DNA of 64,000 nt, from assembly GCA_963664825.1 (NCBI GenBank), contig OY761614.1, positions 1,760,001 through 1,824,000 on the forward strand, in the 5' to 3' direction. How positions within the stretch are numbered: the stretch's first letter is position 1; each line of letters begins with the position of its first letter. This DNA is from an uncultured Holophaga sp. (GTDB taxonomy: Bacteria > Acidobacteriota > Holophagae > Holophagales > Holophagaceae). Below the pieces are notes generated by a model. The model was given only the letters and a program-made list of their open reading frames with translations. It made no database searches and had not been told where the DNA came from. Below, in pieces: positions 1-10,006 of this stretch. The position numbers and the translations under genes were made by a program.

Positions 1-1
1 A

Positions 2-688
2 GGTCTCGACACCACCACTGAACGCCTCCACCTCGCCCTCGTGGACGGGGCGAAGTCCTGGACCCGCTGTCTTCCGGTAGAGATTGGCCGGAGCCACAGC
101 GCGGCCCTGCTGCCCGGCCTCAACGGATTGCTGGAAGAAGCCGGGGCGAAGCCTGGCGACTTGACGGGCTGTGTGGCCTGCGTGGGGCCAGGCGGATTCA
201 CGAGCCTCCGTATCGGTGTAGCCACCGCGGAAGGCCTTGGCGTCACGGGCCTGCCCACCTGGGGATTTTCCGCCTTTGAATTGCGGGCCCGCGCCCTCCG
301 CTGCGCCGGCTGGCTCACCCCCACCTGGATCCTCCTGGATGGCCAGCGCAGCGAGGCCTTCACCCAGAAATGGGCCGAGGAGGCCCTGACGCCGGCCGCC
401 AAGCATCCCCTTCCGGAGCTGGCTCCCCTCCTGGGCGCCGATCCCTGGTGGGCCCCTGCGGGTTTCCGCCTCAAGGCCGAGAGCCATCTCTCCCGGCCAG
501 CCTGCCTATTGGAGAACGAAGAGGAAGCCACCGTCGCCGCTCTTGCCGTCCTCTGTCGGGAGAAGTCCCTTCTTGCTCCCGAGGCCCCGCTCGTGCCCTT
601 CTACCTGCGGGAGACGGATGCGGAGCTGAACTTTCCCCAGGCCTCCATCCATCTTTCCGAGGCCCTGCGCCGCGGCCACGCGCGCTGA
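2..688 (+). CDS. tsaB: tRNA threonylcarbamoyladenosine biosynthesis protein TsaB (5' partial)
   Basis: Frame is open from base 2 (GLDTTTERLHLAL). Motifs RSHSAALLP and GPGGFTSLRIG. Coupled to rimI by a TGATG overlap. Confidence 0.9.
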   Translation, partial: GLDTTTERLHLALVDGAKSWTRCLPVEIGRSHSAALLPGLNGLLEEAGAKPGDLTGCVACVGPGGFTSLRIGVATAEGLGVTGLPTWGFSAFELRARALRCAGWLTPTWILLDGQRSEAFTQKWAEEALTPAAKHPLPELAPLLGADPWWAPAGFRLKAESHLSRPACLLENEEEATVAALAVLCREKSLLAPEAPLVPFYLRETDAELNFPQASIHLSEALRRGHAR

Positions 689-1140
689 TGAACCAGGCTC
701 CCAGGGACGGAGCCCTGGTCCATTTCGGTCCCGGATCGGCCCTGCCTGCTTGGGTCGAGGCCCTGGAACGGGAGGCCTTCGGCCAGTGCTGGGGGACTCT
801 GGAAGCCCGGGAGGAAGCCTGGGCCCTGGATGGGCTCGGGTACATCCAGTGGGGCCTCATTCCTCAGGCAGGAGAGGCCGAACTGCTCCGCATCGCCGTG
901 CGCCCGGAGGGCCGCGGTCAGGGCGTGGGAGGGCGGATCCTGCGGGAGAGCACCGAGGCCCTGGCTGCCATGGGCATCCGGGAGCTGCATCTGGAAGTGC
1001 GGATCTCGAATACTTCCGCAAGGCGCCTATACGAACGTGAGGGCTGGCGTCGCACGGGACTCCGCAAGGGCTATTACCGGGATGGCGAGGATGCGGCCCT
1101 GTACGGGAAGGAAATCCCGGGCCTTGCTCTTTTGGAGTGA
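688..1140 (+). CDS. rimI: RimI-like GNAT N-acetyltransferase
   Basis: IAVRPEGRGQGVG acetyl-CoA motif, LEVRISN..ARRLY, RKGYY..GEDA. Conserved tsaB-rimI order. Confidence 0.85.
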   Translation: MNQAPRDGALVHFGPGSALPAWVEALEREAFGQCWGTLEAREEAWALDGLGYIQWGLIPQAGEAELLRIAVRPEGRGQGVGGRILRESTEALAAMGIRELHLEVRISNTSARRLYEREGWRRTGLRKGYYRDGEDAALYGKEIPGLALLE

Positions 1141-1208
1141 GGTAATCGCTGCCTAGTTCTTTGGGAACGAGGATTGCACTGTCTCCTCCATTCTCCGATG
1201 GAGTCCCC

Positions 1209-1772
1209 ATGAGCATTTCGCCCCTGACCAGCTACGGCCTGCAATCCAGCCAGAGTTCCGCGCTCCAGGCCCTGCTGGCACGCATGCAATCCACGCATTC
1301 CGACCAGACCGCCTCCACCACCTCCGGGGACCAAGTCTCCGTGTCCTATTTCGCCCAGTATCTGTCCAAGGCCCCCAAGGATATTGCCGCCTCGCTCCAG
1401 GATCTGGTCACCACCCGCAAGGATGTCACAGCGGATCTTCAGACCCTCAAGACCTACTACACGGCCAATCCCAAGGAATTGACCAAGCTCAATGCCGCCA
1501 TGGAGCTTCAGAGCAGTCATTCGGTCCAGTTCGCCTCCATGACCCCCGCCATGCAGGCCGGCGTCATGGATCTCTACGCGCTCTCCGGCGACGTGGACGG
1601 CAGCTCCAGCACGGCGCCCACCAAGGCAGAACTGGGCAAGGCCATTCTTTCCGCCCTCCAAGAGGATAGTTCCGAGGCGCAGAGTTCCCTGCTGGACCTG
1701 CTCAATGGCAGCGATCAGGGTAGCTCGGCCGCCTCATCGGATAGCTATTCCCTGTTCTCGTACTTGAGCTGA
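1209..1772 (+). CDS. hypothetical Ser/Ala-rich protein
   Basis: GGAG upstream of ATG 1209 and host-like codon usage. No recognised domain. Confidence 0.6.
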   Translation: MSISPLTSYGLQSSQSSALQALLARMQSTHSDQTASTTSGDQVSVSYFAQYLSKAPKDIAASLQDLVTTRKDVTADLQTLKTYYTANPKELTKLNAAMELQSSHSVQFASMTPAMQAGVMDLYALSGDVDGSSSTAPTKAELGKAILSALQEDSSEAQSSLLDLLNGSDQGSSAASSDSYSLFSYLS

Positions 1773-1775
1773 AGC

Positions 1776-3017
1776 TCAGGGCTTCTGGAAGAGGGCGATG
1801 CGGTTGCTATTGGTGCCCTTGGCGTTGTTGTCCACGCCCCAGATATTGGAGGTCTTGGTGAAGGCCTGCGCGTTGACCAGCAGGCCCATGGGCTGAAAGC
1901 CCGCCCGGATGCCCAGGGGCAGCACCACTTTTTCCAGGCGCACGGTGCCCTTGCGCACTTCGCCCACCTCGAAGGCCACGAAGCCACCGGGGCTCGTGAC
2001 CCGGAAGAGCTCCAGGAGGACTCCCTGCATGATGTCGGCCCAGGCTTCCACCGTGCGGGACATGGTGATGCCCCCGGCGATGGCTTCGGCATCCAGGCCG
2101 CAGAACCAGCAGCGTAGCCAGTTATCAGCGGCGTACTGGACCACGTCCAGGAAGGGGGGGCTGGTGATGGTGAGCTGAACGGAATCCGAGGCCAAGGGCT
2201 CCGTCGCCCGGGCGTCCCCGGTCATAAAATGAGCGCCGGGCGCGGCGTTGCTAAGGTTGCGGCGCATGTCCGGATTCAGATCAGACGTGAGCTGCCGGGT
2301 CTTCTTCAGGATCAGGGCGTGGGTATCGCGGTAGCTGGGCTCTTGACCTCGCCTGCGGTTGATCTCCACCTGCTTGGAGGCGCTGAGGGCCTGATTGGGC
2401 GGCAGCGTATAGACCGAGAAGAATCCCGGCGAGTGCCCCGTGAGGCGATTGGTGGCCACCATGCGGATCCAGGCATCGAGGCCATCCAATTGGTACGAAT
2501 GCTCCCGCTCCAGGAACCAGTTCTTGAGGGCGCGGATCTCGGCCTCGGTCCTGGCGTCGTAGAACATCGAGAGGTCCAGGCCATCTTGGGGGGCTCCATT
2601 CCTGGGAATAAGCTCGAGGCGGGCCTGTACCTCCGCGAGCTCCGGCGGCGTCAGGCGCGGGCGGGCCAGGATTTCCGAGAGGGGGTTGATATCGTTGGCG
2701 GCCACCTCGCGGCCCAGGAGGGCGGCCTCCAAGGCCGTGGTACCCCTTCCGCTGAAGGGGTCGTAGACTCGGTCCCCGGGTTGGGTGAGGCGCTCGACGA
2801 AGAGGCGGGGAAGCTGGGGCTTGTAGCAGGCCCGGTACGAGACCTCGTGGAGGCAGGAGGCCTGGCGTTGCCTGGAAGTCCAGAATTCCCGGATCCAGCA
2901 GGGGATACGCTCTCCCTCGATCACCAGCTCGGACCAAAGGCCTCTCGAATCCTCGGCAAAGGACTCCAGGAAGGCCTGCCGGGTCTCCCAAGGATTCCTG
3001 GATTTCAGCTTCGTCAT
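1776..3017 (-). CDS. site-specific DNA methyltransferase (N4-C/N6-A type, alpha motif order)
   Basis: Motif I YDPFSGRGTT near the N-terminus and motif IV ITSPPF near the C-terminus. Start taken at MTKLKS because the longer ORF overlaps the next gene. Confidence 0.8.
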   Translation of the reverse strand: MTKLKSRNPWETRQAFLESFAEDSRGLWSELVIEGERIPCWIREFWTSRQRQASCLHEVSYRACYKPQLPRLFVERLTQPGDRVYDPFSGRGTTALEAALLGREVAANDINPLSEILARPRLTPPELAEVQARLELIPRNGAPQDGLDLSMFYDARTEAEIRALKNWFLEREHSYQLDGLDAWIRMVATNRLTGHSPGFFSVYTLPPNQALSASKQVEINRRRGQEPSYRDTHALILKKTRQLTSDLNPDMRRNLSNAAPGAHFMTGDARATEPLASDSVQLTITSPPFLDVVQYAADNWLRCWFCGLDAEAIAGGITMSRTVEAWADIMQGVLLELFRVTSPGGFVAFEVGEVRKGTVRLEKVVLPLGIRAGFQPMGLLVNAQAFTKTSNIWGVDNNAKGTNSNRIALFQKP

Positions 3018-3123
3018 CCCTACCCCTAGCCTGAAAGGGGGGACCGCCTGCTCTCGCTTGACCCCCACGGGTTGTTCAGGTGAAGCCCGGACATCGCGTC
3101 TGTTCCAGAGTAGCCTTTTCTCG

Positions 3124-5208
3124 ATGGATCCATCCAAGCCCAGACGCCACCCCGAGCTGAACCGCCTCTACGCGGCGGTTCTGTTGACCGTCCTCATCGG
3201 TGTGATCTTCCGCAGCTACAAGATCCTCGGCGCCCAGGTGGAATCGGGCATCGATGCCCCCAGCCGCTGGGCCTTGATGGCGCTGGGTCTGGCTAATACG
3301 CTGGCCATCGGCACCCTGATCTTCATCATCGCCCGCACCCTGGCCAAACTCTACTTCGAACGGCGCCGGGGCATCCTCGGGGCCCGCATCCGCACGCGGC
3401 TGGTGCTGGCCTTCTTCGCGGTCTGCCTCCTGCCGAGCCTAGCCCTCTTCCTCATTGGCAGGGATTTCATCAGCAAGAACGTGAAGCGCTGGTTCGTGCC
3501 CGAGACCCAGGAGATGATCCTGGATGGGAAGGCCATTTCCAAGGCCTACCGCGGGCAGATGGAGGCCCGGCTCCGCAATGCCCTGGAGCGTCTTCCCGTG
3601 AGCGCCACCGGAGACCTGGGGGACCTGCGCCAGGAGGCGGGACTGGATCTTCTGATGCGTGTGGATTCCTCCGGCACTCCCCTGGATCTCGCCAAGGGGC
3701 TGCCTGCGCCCCTCATTCCCGGGGATATCTCCGGGGCGATTCTGCAGGATACGGGCCGGGGGATGTGGCTGCTGGCGCCCTCGGAGCTGAGGCGTCCGGG
3801 ACCGCGGTTTGTAGCGGGCTTCTTCGTGCCCAAGGAAATCCAGGATGGAATCCTGCGCCTGGACAAACGCTCCAAGGATTCCTCCCAGATCCATGCCTTC
3901 CGGGAAAACCTCGAGACTATTCCCCAGAACACCTTCCTATTGCTCACGCTCTTCACCCTATTCTTCGCCGTCTGGGTGGGGCTCGCCATCGCCCGCACCA
4001 TCTCGGAACCCGTGCGGGCCCTGGCCAAGGCCGCCCAGCGGGTGGGTACGGGTGATCTGGAGGTGCTGCTGCCGGTTCAGGGCGAGGACGAACTGGCCTT
4101 GCTCTCCGCCAGCTTCAACGCCATGACCCGGGACCTGCGCCAGAACCGATCGGCCCTCGACGCCCAGGCCGAGCGCATCAAGCGTGCGGGAACCTATCTC
4201 GGGCAGCTGCTGGAGGCCCTGCCCGTGGGTGTGCTCGGTTGGAACAAGGACGGTGAACTGCGCACCTTCAACCCCACCGCCCGCCGTTGGCTGGGTCTGG
4301 AAGGCTGGGATTCCTCCGCCTCTCAATGGAGTGAACTGGCAGTGCAACCCCGCATGGGCGGTCTGGCCACCCTGGTGAAGGAGGTCCGGGACGCCGGGCG
4401 CCCGCGGGAGGAGGAACTCCGCATCGGCGGCGAAGGCGAGGGCCGCCCTGTGCGCGCCATCGTGGTGCCGATCTCCGAAGGGGGGGAACTGGCGGTGCTG
4501 GAGGATCTCTCCCTGCTGGCCCAGGCCGAGAAACGTGCAGCCTGGCAGGAGGTAGCCCGGCGCATGGCCCACGAGGTGAAGAACCCCCTCACGCCCATCC
4601 AGCTCACGGCCCAGCGCTTGCTGCGCCGCAGCCGGGAAGGGCGCCTCGATCCCCAGAGTGTGGCCGAAGGGGCCGAGACGATCCTCGCGGAGGTGAAGAG
4701 TCTCTCCCGCCTGGTGGATAGCTTCAGCCGCTTTGCCAAGCTGCCCGCGCCCCAGCCCCGGCCCCTGGATGCCTGCGAACTCCTGCGCCAGGTCCAAGCC
4801 CTGTACGCGCCCACCCACCCGGGCATCCGCTTCGAACTCGAGAGCCCCAAGGGTCCCCTGGAGGTCCAGTGGGATGCCGATATGGTGAAGCGCGCCCTCA
4901 TCAATCTCGTCGATAATGCCGTGAGCGCCCTGGAGGAAAAGGGTTGCATCCGCCTTTCACTGAGCCCCGAGACTGGGCGCATTCGCCTTCAGGTGGAGGA
5001 CGATGGCGCGGGGGTGCCGGAAGAAATCCGGGAGCGGCTCTTCGAACCCTACTTCTCCACCAAGCGCAAGGGCACGGGCCTGGGGCTGGCCATCGTGCGC
5101 CGCATCGCCCAGGACCATGGGGGCGAGGCCCATTACCAGCCCCTTGCCCAGGGCAGCCAGTTCTGTCTGCTGTTGCCCCTGGTGCTTCCCCTGCGCGAAA
5201 TCCGCTGA
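3124..5208 (+). CDS. NtrY-like membrane sensor histidine kinase (TM, HAMP, PAS, HisKA, HATPase)
   Basis: AAWQEVARRMAHEVKNPLTPIQL H-box, NLVDNA, DDGAG and GTGLGL boxes. NtrY-like RIRTRLVLAF transmembrane segment. Confidence 0.9.
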   Translation: MDPSKPRRHPELNRLYAAVLLTVLIGVIFRSYKILGAQVESGIDAPSRWALMALGLANTLAIGTLIFIIARTLAKLYFERRRGILGARIRTRLVLAFFAVCLLPSLALFLIGRDFISKNVKRWFVPETQEMILDGKAISKAYRGQMEARLRNALERLPVSATGDLGDLRQEAGLDLLMRVDSSGTPLDLAKGLPAPLIPGDISGAILQDTGRGMWLLAPSELRRPGPRFVAGFFVPKEIQDGILRLDKRSKDSSQIHAFRENLETIPQNTFLLLTLFTLFFAVWVGLAIARTISEPVRALAKAAQRVGTGDLEVLLPVQGEDELALLSASFNAMTRDLRQNRSALDAQAERIKRAGTYLGQLLEALPVGVLGWNKDGELRTFNPTARRWLGLEGWDSSASQWSELAVQPRMGGLATLVKEVRDAGRPREEELRIGGEGEGRPVRAIVVPISEGGELAVLEDLSLLAQAEKRAAWQEVARRMAHEVKNPLTPIQLTAQRLLRRSREGRLDPQSVAEGAETILAEVKSLSRLVDSFSRFAKLPAPQPRPLDACELLRQVQALYAPTHPGIRFELESPKGPLEVQWDADMVKRALINLVDNAVSALEEKGCIRLSLSPETGRIRLQVEDDGAGVPEEIRERLFEPYFSTKRKGTGLGLAIVRRIAQDHGGEAHYQPLAQGSQFCLLLPLVLPLREIR

Positions 5209-5217
5209 ACCCCTAGG

Positions 5218-5733
5218 TCACACCCTCAGGACGCTGAAGACAGGAAGGCCCTTGAGCTTTTCCCGGCCCGGCAGATCATCGACTTCCACGAAGAGGGTGA
5301 GGGCGATGGCCTGGGCACCCGTGGCCTCGATGAGCTTGCGTGCGGCTGCGGCGGTGGCGCCCGTGGCCAGCACATCATCGACGATGAGCACGCGATCGCC
5401 GGGCTTGAAGGCGCCCCTGTGGATCTCCAGGGCGTCATTGCTGCCGTCGGTGGCCACATAGCCTTCCCGGAGGGTGGCCCCGGGCAGTTTGCCGGGCTTG
5501 CGGGCGGGCACGAAGCCCAGGCCCAGTTTCTGCGCCAGGGCCGAACCGAAGATGAAGCCTCGAGATTCCAGCCCCAGCACATGGGTGGGCTGGAGGGTCA
5601 GCACCGGGGCGGCCATGGCCTCCACGGCCCAGCCGAAGGCCTGAGCATCCACCAGCAGGGGGGTGATATCCCAGGAACTGAGGCCGGGCCTTGGGAAATC
5701 CTGCACTTCTCGAACGTGGTTCTTGAAATCCAT
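5218..5733 (-). CDS. apt: adenine phosphoribosyltransferase
   Basis: DFPRPG..DITPLL, ESRGFIFG, RKPGKLP and PRPP motif VLIVDDVLATGAT. Confidence 0.93.
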   Translation of the reverse strand: MDFKNHVREVQDFPRPGLSSWDITPLLVDAQAFGWAVEAMAAPVLTLQPTHVLGLESRGFIFGSALAQKLGLGFVPARKPGKLPGATLREGYVATDGSNDALEIHRGAFKPGDRVLIVDDVLATGATAAAARKLIEATGAQAIALTLFVEVDDLPGREKLKGLPVFSVLRV

Positions 5734-5742
5734 GGGACCTCG

Positions 5743-6054
5743 CTATGAGCGAATCTCGAAGGGAAAGGGAAGTGATTCTCCCTCGGAAAGGAGGCTCCAG
5801 TCCAGTTTGGAGACGCAGCCGAAGACCGAACCCCGTTCCAACGCCACCCGCAGAGCCTCCAACTGGGCTTCGGAGCCCTCGGCCTGACCCACCACCGAAC
5901 GGTCCCATTCATTCCTGACGAAGCCCCCCAGGCCCAGGGACTGGGCCTCGTGGCAGACGTAGCTCCTGAATCCCACGCCCTGCACGTAGCCGTGTGCTGC
6001 GAAGGCCACTCTCAAGGTCTGTCTCCGTGAGGAGGTGGGAGCAGGCTCGTCCAA
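5743..6054 (-). CDS. acyP: acylphosphatase
   Basis: GYVQGVGFR and GFVRN..D.SV signature, ending FEIR. Confidence 0.88.
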   Translation of the reverse strand: MDEPAPTSSRRQTLRVAFAAHGYVQGVGFRSYVCHEAQSLGLGGFVRNEWDRSVVGQAEGSEAQLEALRVALERGSVFGCVSKLDWSLLSEGESLPFPFEIRS

Positions 6055-6063
6055 GGAAAGGCC

Positions 6064-6588
6064 TTAGCGGTGGCCGCGGCCTTCCTCGCCCCGGGGACCT
6101 TCAGGCTTGCCCCGCTCGTCCCGGCGATCCCGTTTTTCCTCCCGGCGCTCCCGCTTCTCTTCGCGCTTTTCCTCCCGGCGTTCATGCTGGGGTTTCATGA
6201 TTGGGCGCCGCGCGTCGGGCCGCTCCAGCGGACGGGGCTCAGGCCGCGGTGCGGGGGGATGGGGCATATCGTGGTGCCAGTTCCGGTAGCGGCCCTCTGG
6301 CATCCGCATCAGGGACGGCGGCACGCGATGGTACTCGATGCCGTAGAAGTGGGCCCGAGGCGAACGCGAACGGTACCAGCCATCGGAGCGACGGCACCAG
6401 TACCAGCCCCGGTGGAAAAAGACTTCGTCGTCGAAGCCCTCTACGACCTGGATGCCAGGCTCCACCACCACGAGGCGCGGGGCGACGGGCAGTCCCAGAT
6501 CAATATGAATGCTTACCTGGGCCCGAGCCGGGGGAGGGCATAAAACCAGGAGCCCTGCGAGGGAGAGTGCGTGGCCGAGTCTCGTCAT
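6064..6588 (-). CDS. secreted hypothetical protein with aromatic-rich core and E/R/K low-complexity tail
   Basis: Signal peptide (..PARA-QVSIHIDLG), VFFHRGWYW..DGWYRS core, EEKR repeats. Confidence 0.65.
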   Translation of the reverse strand: MTRLGHALSLAGLLVLCPPPARAQVSIHIDLGLPVAPRLVVVEPGIQVVEGFDDEVFFHRGWYWCRRSDGWYRSRSPRAHFYGIEYHRVPPSLMRMPEGRYRNWHHDMPHPPAPRPEPRPLERPDARRPIMKPQHERREEKREEKRERREEKRDRRDERGKPEGPRGEEGRGHR

Positions 6589-6763
6589 GTTCGGATCCTC
6601 TTGAAAACATCTTGCTCCAAAGCGTATCGGTTCGTACGGAGGAACTCATGACCCCGCCGGGAGGCCCTGGGTCTTCGGCCGCCCGCCCCTATGTTCCACA
6701 GCGCTGGGACGGCTCGGAGGCCTGGCCCAGCGCTGGGAAGGAAACCGAACCTCCTGTTCGGGA

Positions 6764-7903
6764 TCAGAGCATCTTGGCGATGGTCATGAGCTGCATGAAG
6801 GTCGTGCCCTCGTAGATCTTTCCGATCTTGGAATCCCGGAAGTACTTCTCGGCGGGGTAGTCCTTGGTGAAGCCGTATCCGCCGAAGAGTTCAAGGGATT
6901 CGCTGGCGACCCATTCGGCGGTCTGGCTGGTGAAGTACTTCGCCATGGCGGCTTCCTTGACGAAGGGCTGGCCCGCATCCTTGAGCTTGGCGGCGTTGTA
7001 GGTCATGAGGCGGGCGGCCTCGACGCGGCTGGCCATCTCGGCCAGGCGGATCTGGATGGCCTGGAAATTGAAGATGGGCTGCCCGAACTGCTGGCGTTCT
7101 TTGGTGTAGGCCAGGGCCTGCTCCAGGGCCCCCTCGGCGAGGCCCACCATCTGGGCGGAAATGCCGATGCGGCCCTCGTTGAGGGTCTCGATGGCCACCT
7201 TGTAGCCCTTGCCCACCTCGCCCAGGACGTGCTCGGCACCCAGCCGCACATCGGCCAGGGAGAGCTCGCAGGTGGAGCTGGCCCGGATGCCCAGTTTGTT
7301 TTCCTTCTTGCCCACGGTGAAGCCGGGCATGCCGCGCTCCACCATGAAGGCCGTGATGCCCTTGTAGCCGGCCTCGGGATTCACCGTGGCGAAGACGATG
7401 AAGATATCGGCCTGCTGGGCGTTGGTGATCCACATCTTGCTGCCGTTGAGCACCCAACCGTCGCCATCTTGCACGGCCCGGCACTTCAGGGAGAAGGCAT
7501 CACAGCCGGAATCGGATTCGGAGAGGGCGTAGGCGCCGACTTTCTTGGTGCAGAGCTGGGGCAGGTACTTGGCCTTCAGGGCGGGGCTGCCCCATCGCAG
7601 AATGCAGTTATTCACAAGCGTGTTCTGCACATCCACTAGCACGGCCACGGAGGGGTCGACCCGGGAGAGTTCCTCGATCACCAGGATCGCGTTGAAGAAA
7701 TTGGAGCCGATGCCGCCGTATTCCTCGGGCACTTCGATGCCCATGATATCGAGCCCAAAGAATTTCTTGATGAGCTCGGGATTCATCTGCTGGGCTTCAT
7801 CCATTTCCATCGTCAGCGGGGCGATCTCGTTCTTGGCGAAATCGGCCACCATTTCGCGGAAGGCCAGTTCTTCTTCATTCAGCATGGTCAGTGGGTTCGA
7901 CAT
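6764..7903 (-). CDS. acyl-CoA dehydrogenase (short/branched-chain type)
   Basis: YALSESDSGCDA, NGSKMWITN, KLGIRAS, R.QFG and KIYEGT motifs. Confidence 0.93.
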   Translation of the reverse strand: MSNPLTMLNEEELAFREMVADFAKNEIAPLTMEMDEAQQMNPELIKKFFGLDIMGIEVPEEYGGIGSNFFNAILVIEELSRVDPSVAVLVDVQNTLVNNCILRWGSPALKAKYLPQLCTKKVGAYALSESDSGCDAFSLKCRAVQDGDGWVLNGSKMWITNAQQADIFIVFATVNPEAGYKGITAFMVERGMPGFTVGKKENKLGIRASSTCELSLADVRLGAEHVLGEVGKGYKVAIETLNEGRIGISAQMVGLAEGALEQALAYTKERQQFGQPIFNFQAIQIRLAEMASRVEAARLMTYNAAKLKDAGQPFVKEAAMAKYFTSQTAEWVASESLELFGGYGFTKDYPAEKYFRDSKIGKIYEGTTFMQLMTIAKML

Positions 7904-7984
7904 GATTTCCTCACGGGGTTGGGGGGGCGGTTTGGAGTCTCAGGGGGCGTTCCGGGAAGCGTCGAACCTATCCGGGGGGCAGGA

Positions 7985-8002
7985 GCCTGCGGCGCCGCAG
8001 GC
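7985..8002. repeat. 18-bp perfect palindrome GCCTGCGGCGCCGCAGGC in a divergent intergenic region
   Basis: Sequence equals its own reverse complement. Confidence 0.6.
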
Positions 8003-8187
8003 GGCGCCCTTCGATCTGGCGATCGCGGTGTTGTGCATCGATCTGGATGGGGGCTCCCTGCATGAATCCATTCTGGGTCAGGAGGGGGCGTTCGGGAAGA
8101 AGGGTAGAATGGACTTCCTCCTGGAAGGGCTGGCAGATTCGAGCCTCTCCACCCTTTCGGCGCTGCCCCTCGTTTTGTCGGAGCCCC

Positions 8188-9819
8188 ATGATCTCGTTTT
8201 CGAATGTCAGCAAGCAGTACGGCCAGCAGGTCCTCTTTATCGATGCGAGTTTCCAGCTCAATCCTGGGGAAAAGGCGGGCCTGGTGGGCCCCAATGGTGC
8301 TGGGAAGTCCACTCTCTTCCGCATGATCATGGGCGAGGAGCATCCCGACGACGGTACGGTGAGCCTTCCTAAGAAGCTCACCGTGGGCTATTTCCGCCAG
8401 GAGGTCGACGAGATGGCGGGACGCCCCGTGCTCGATGAGGCCATCGCGGGCAGCGGACGCCTGGGGGATCTCCACCACGAGCTGATGGATCTTCAGCAGG
8501 CCATGGGGGACCCCGAGCGGGGCCACGAACTGGATGCGATCCTGGAGCGTTTCGGCCATGTGCAGGAGGAGTACGAGCACATGGGAGGCTATGACTTGGA
8601 GGCCAAGGCCCGGGCATGTCTCCTGGGCCTGGGCTTCGAGGACGATCAGATCGATGGCGATGTGGGGGCGCTTTCCGGCGGCTGGAAGATGCGCGTCTCC
8701 ATGGCCAAGGTGCTGCTGGGCACTTTTGATGTGCTGCTGCTGGACGAACCCACCAACCATCTGGATATCGAATCGATTCTCTGGCTGGAGGGCTTCCTCA
8801 AGAGCGTGTCCTCCACCCTGCTGATGACCTCCCATGACCGTGACTTCATGAACCGTATCGTCTCGAAGGTCATCGAGATCGATGGCGGCGATATCGTCAC
8901 CTATTCCGGCGACTACGATTTCTACGTCCGCGAGCGGGAGACCCGGGAGACCAACCAGGAGGCGGCCTACGCCCGCCAGCAGGCCAAGCTGGCCAAGGAA
9001 CAGCGCTTCATTGACCGCTTCGCCGCCCACGCCGCCAAGGCCGCCCAGGTGCAGAGCCGAGTGAAGGCCCTGGACAAGATCGAGCGCATCGAATTGCCCA
9101 AGAAGCGCAAGGTCGTGAAGTGGGATTTCCGCATTCCAGGCCGCTCCGGGGACGATGTGGCCATGCTGGAAGGGGTCTGCAAGGCCTACGGGAAGCGTCG
9201 GATCTACACGGGTTTCGATTTCCATATCCGCCGGGGCGAGCGCTGGTGCGTGATGGGCAAGAACGGGGCGGGCAAATCCACCCTCCTGAAGATGATCGCC
9301 GGGGCGCTGGAACCGGATGGGGGCACCGTGCGCCTGGGGGCCAGCCTCAAGCTGGGTTACTTCGCCCAGCAATCCCTGGATCTCCTGGACCCTGAGCTCA
9401 CGGTGCAGGAGCAGATGCAGCAGGACTTCCCCATGGAGGGCCTGGGTGTGATCCGCAATCTGCTGGGGGCCTTCCAGTTCTCCGGGGACGATGTGGATAA
9501 GCGGATCCGCTCCCTCTCCGGGGGCGAAAAGAGTCGCCTGGCCATGGCCCGAATGCTATTTGATCCCCCCAATTTCCTAGTGTTGGACGAGCCCACCAAT
9601 CACCTGGATCTGGCCACCAAGGAGATGCTCATCGAGGCCCTGAAGGACTTCGAGGGCACCATGCTCTTCGTCTCCCATGACCGCACCTTCCTGCGGGGTC
9701 TGGCCAATCGCGTGTTGGAGCTGGGCTGCGAGGAGCACGAGGGCCCCATGCTTTTCGGCGGTTCCTATCCGGAATACGTGGACAAGACCGGGCGAGAGGC
9801 TCCGGGCGTGCATGCCTGA
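8188..9819 (+). CDS. ABC-F family ATP-binding protein
   Basis: Two NBDs (GPNGAGKST/LSGGW/LDEPTNHLD and GKNGAGKST/LSGGE/LDEPTNHLD), an interdomain linker and no TM segments. Confidence 0.93.
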   Translation: MISFSNVSKQYGQQVLFIDASFQLNPGEKAGLVGPNGAGKSTLFRMIMGEEHPDDGTVSLPKKLTVGYFRQEVDEMAGRPVLDEAIAGSGRLGDLHHELMDLQQAMGDPERGHELDAILERFGHVQEEYEHMGGYDLEAKARACLLGLGFEDDQIDGDVGALSGGWKMRVSMAKVLLGTFDVLLLDEPTNHLDIESILWLEGFLKSVSSTLLMTSHDRDFMNRIVSKVIEIDGGDIVTYSGDYDFYVRERETRETNQEAAYARQQAKLAKEQRFIDRFAAHAAKAAQVQSRVKALDKIERIELPKKRKVVKWDFRIPGRSGDDVAMLEGVCKAYGKRRIYTGFDFHIRRGERWCVMGKNGAGKSTLLKMIAGALEPDGGTVRLGASLKLGYFAQQSLDLLDPELTVQEQMQQDFPMEGLGVIRNLLGAFQFSGDDVDKRIRSLSGGEKSRLAMARMLFDPPNFLVLDEPTNHLDLATKEMLIEALKDFEGTMLFVSHDRTFLRGLANRVLELGCEEHEGPMLFGGSYPEYVDKTGREAPGVHA

Positions 9820-9871
9820 GCTCGGAGTTTCACGGATTCATCTTGAAATTCTTTTCTTCGAAAGACCACAC

Positions 9872-10006
9872 GTGGCAAAGACAAAAGCTCAAATTGAAAA
9901 GCGAAAACGAGAAGTGGACAAGCGGAAGAAGCTGGAAACAACCATCCTCAAAATTGCGGCAGAGATGCCTTATGATGATATTCAAAAAGCTCAAACATTG
10001 CAGTGA
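9872..10006 (+). CDS. possible small basic protein (44 aa)
   Basis: GTG-started ORF (M)AKTKAQIEKRKREVDKRKKLE in an AT-rich patch. No clear RBS. Confidence 0.3.
   Translation: MAKTKAQIEKRKREVDKRKKLETTILKIAAEMPYDDIQKAQTLQ

Noticed and set aside
6694..6739. Hairpin CAGCGCTGGG/CCCAGCGCTG as an intrinsic terminator
   Set aside because: The stem is real but there is no U-tract on either strand, so a function is unsupported.
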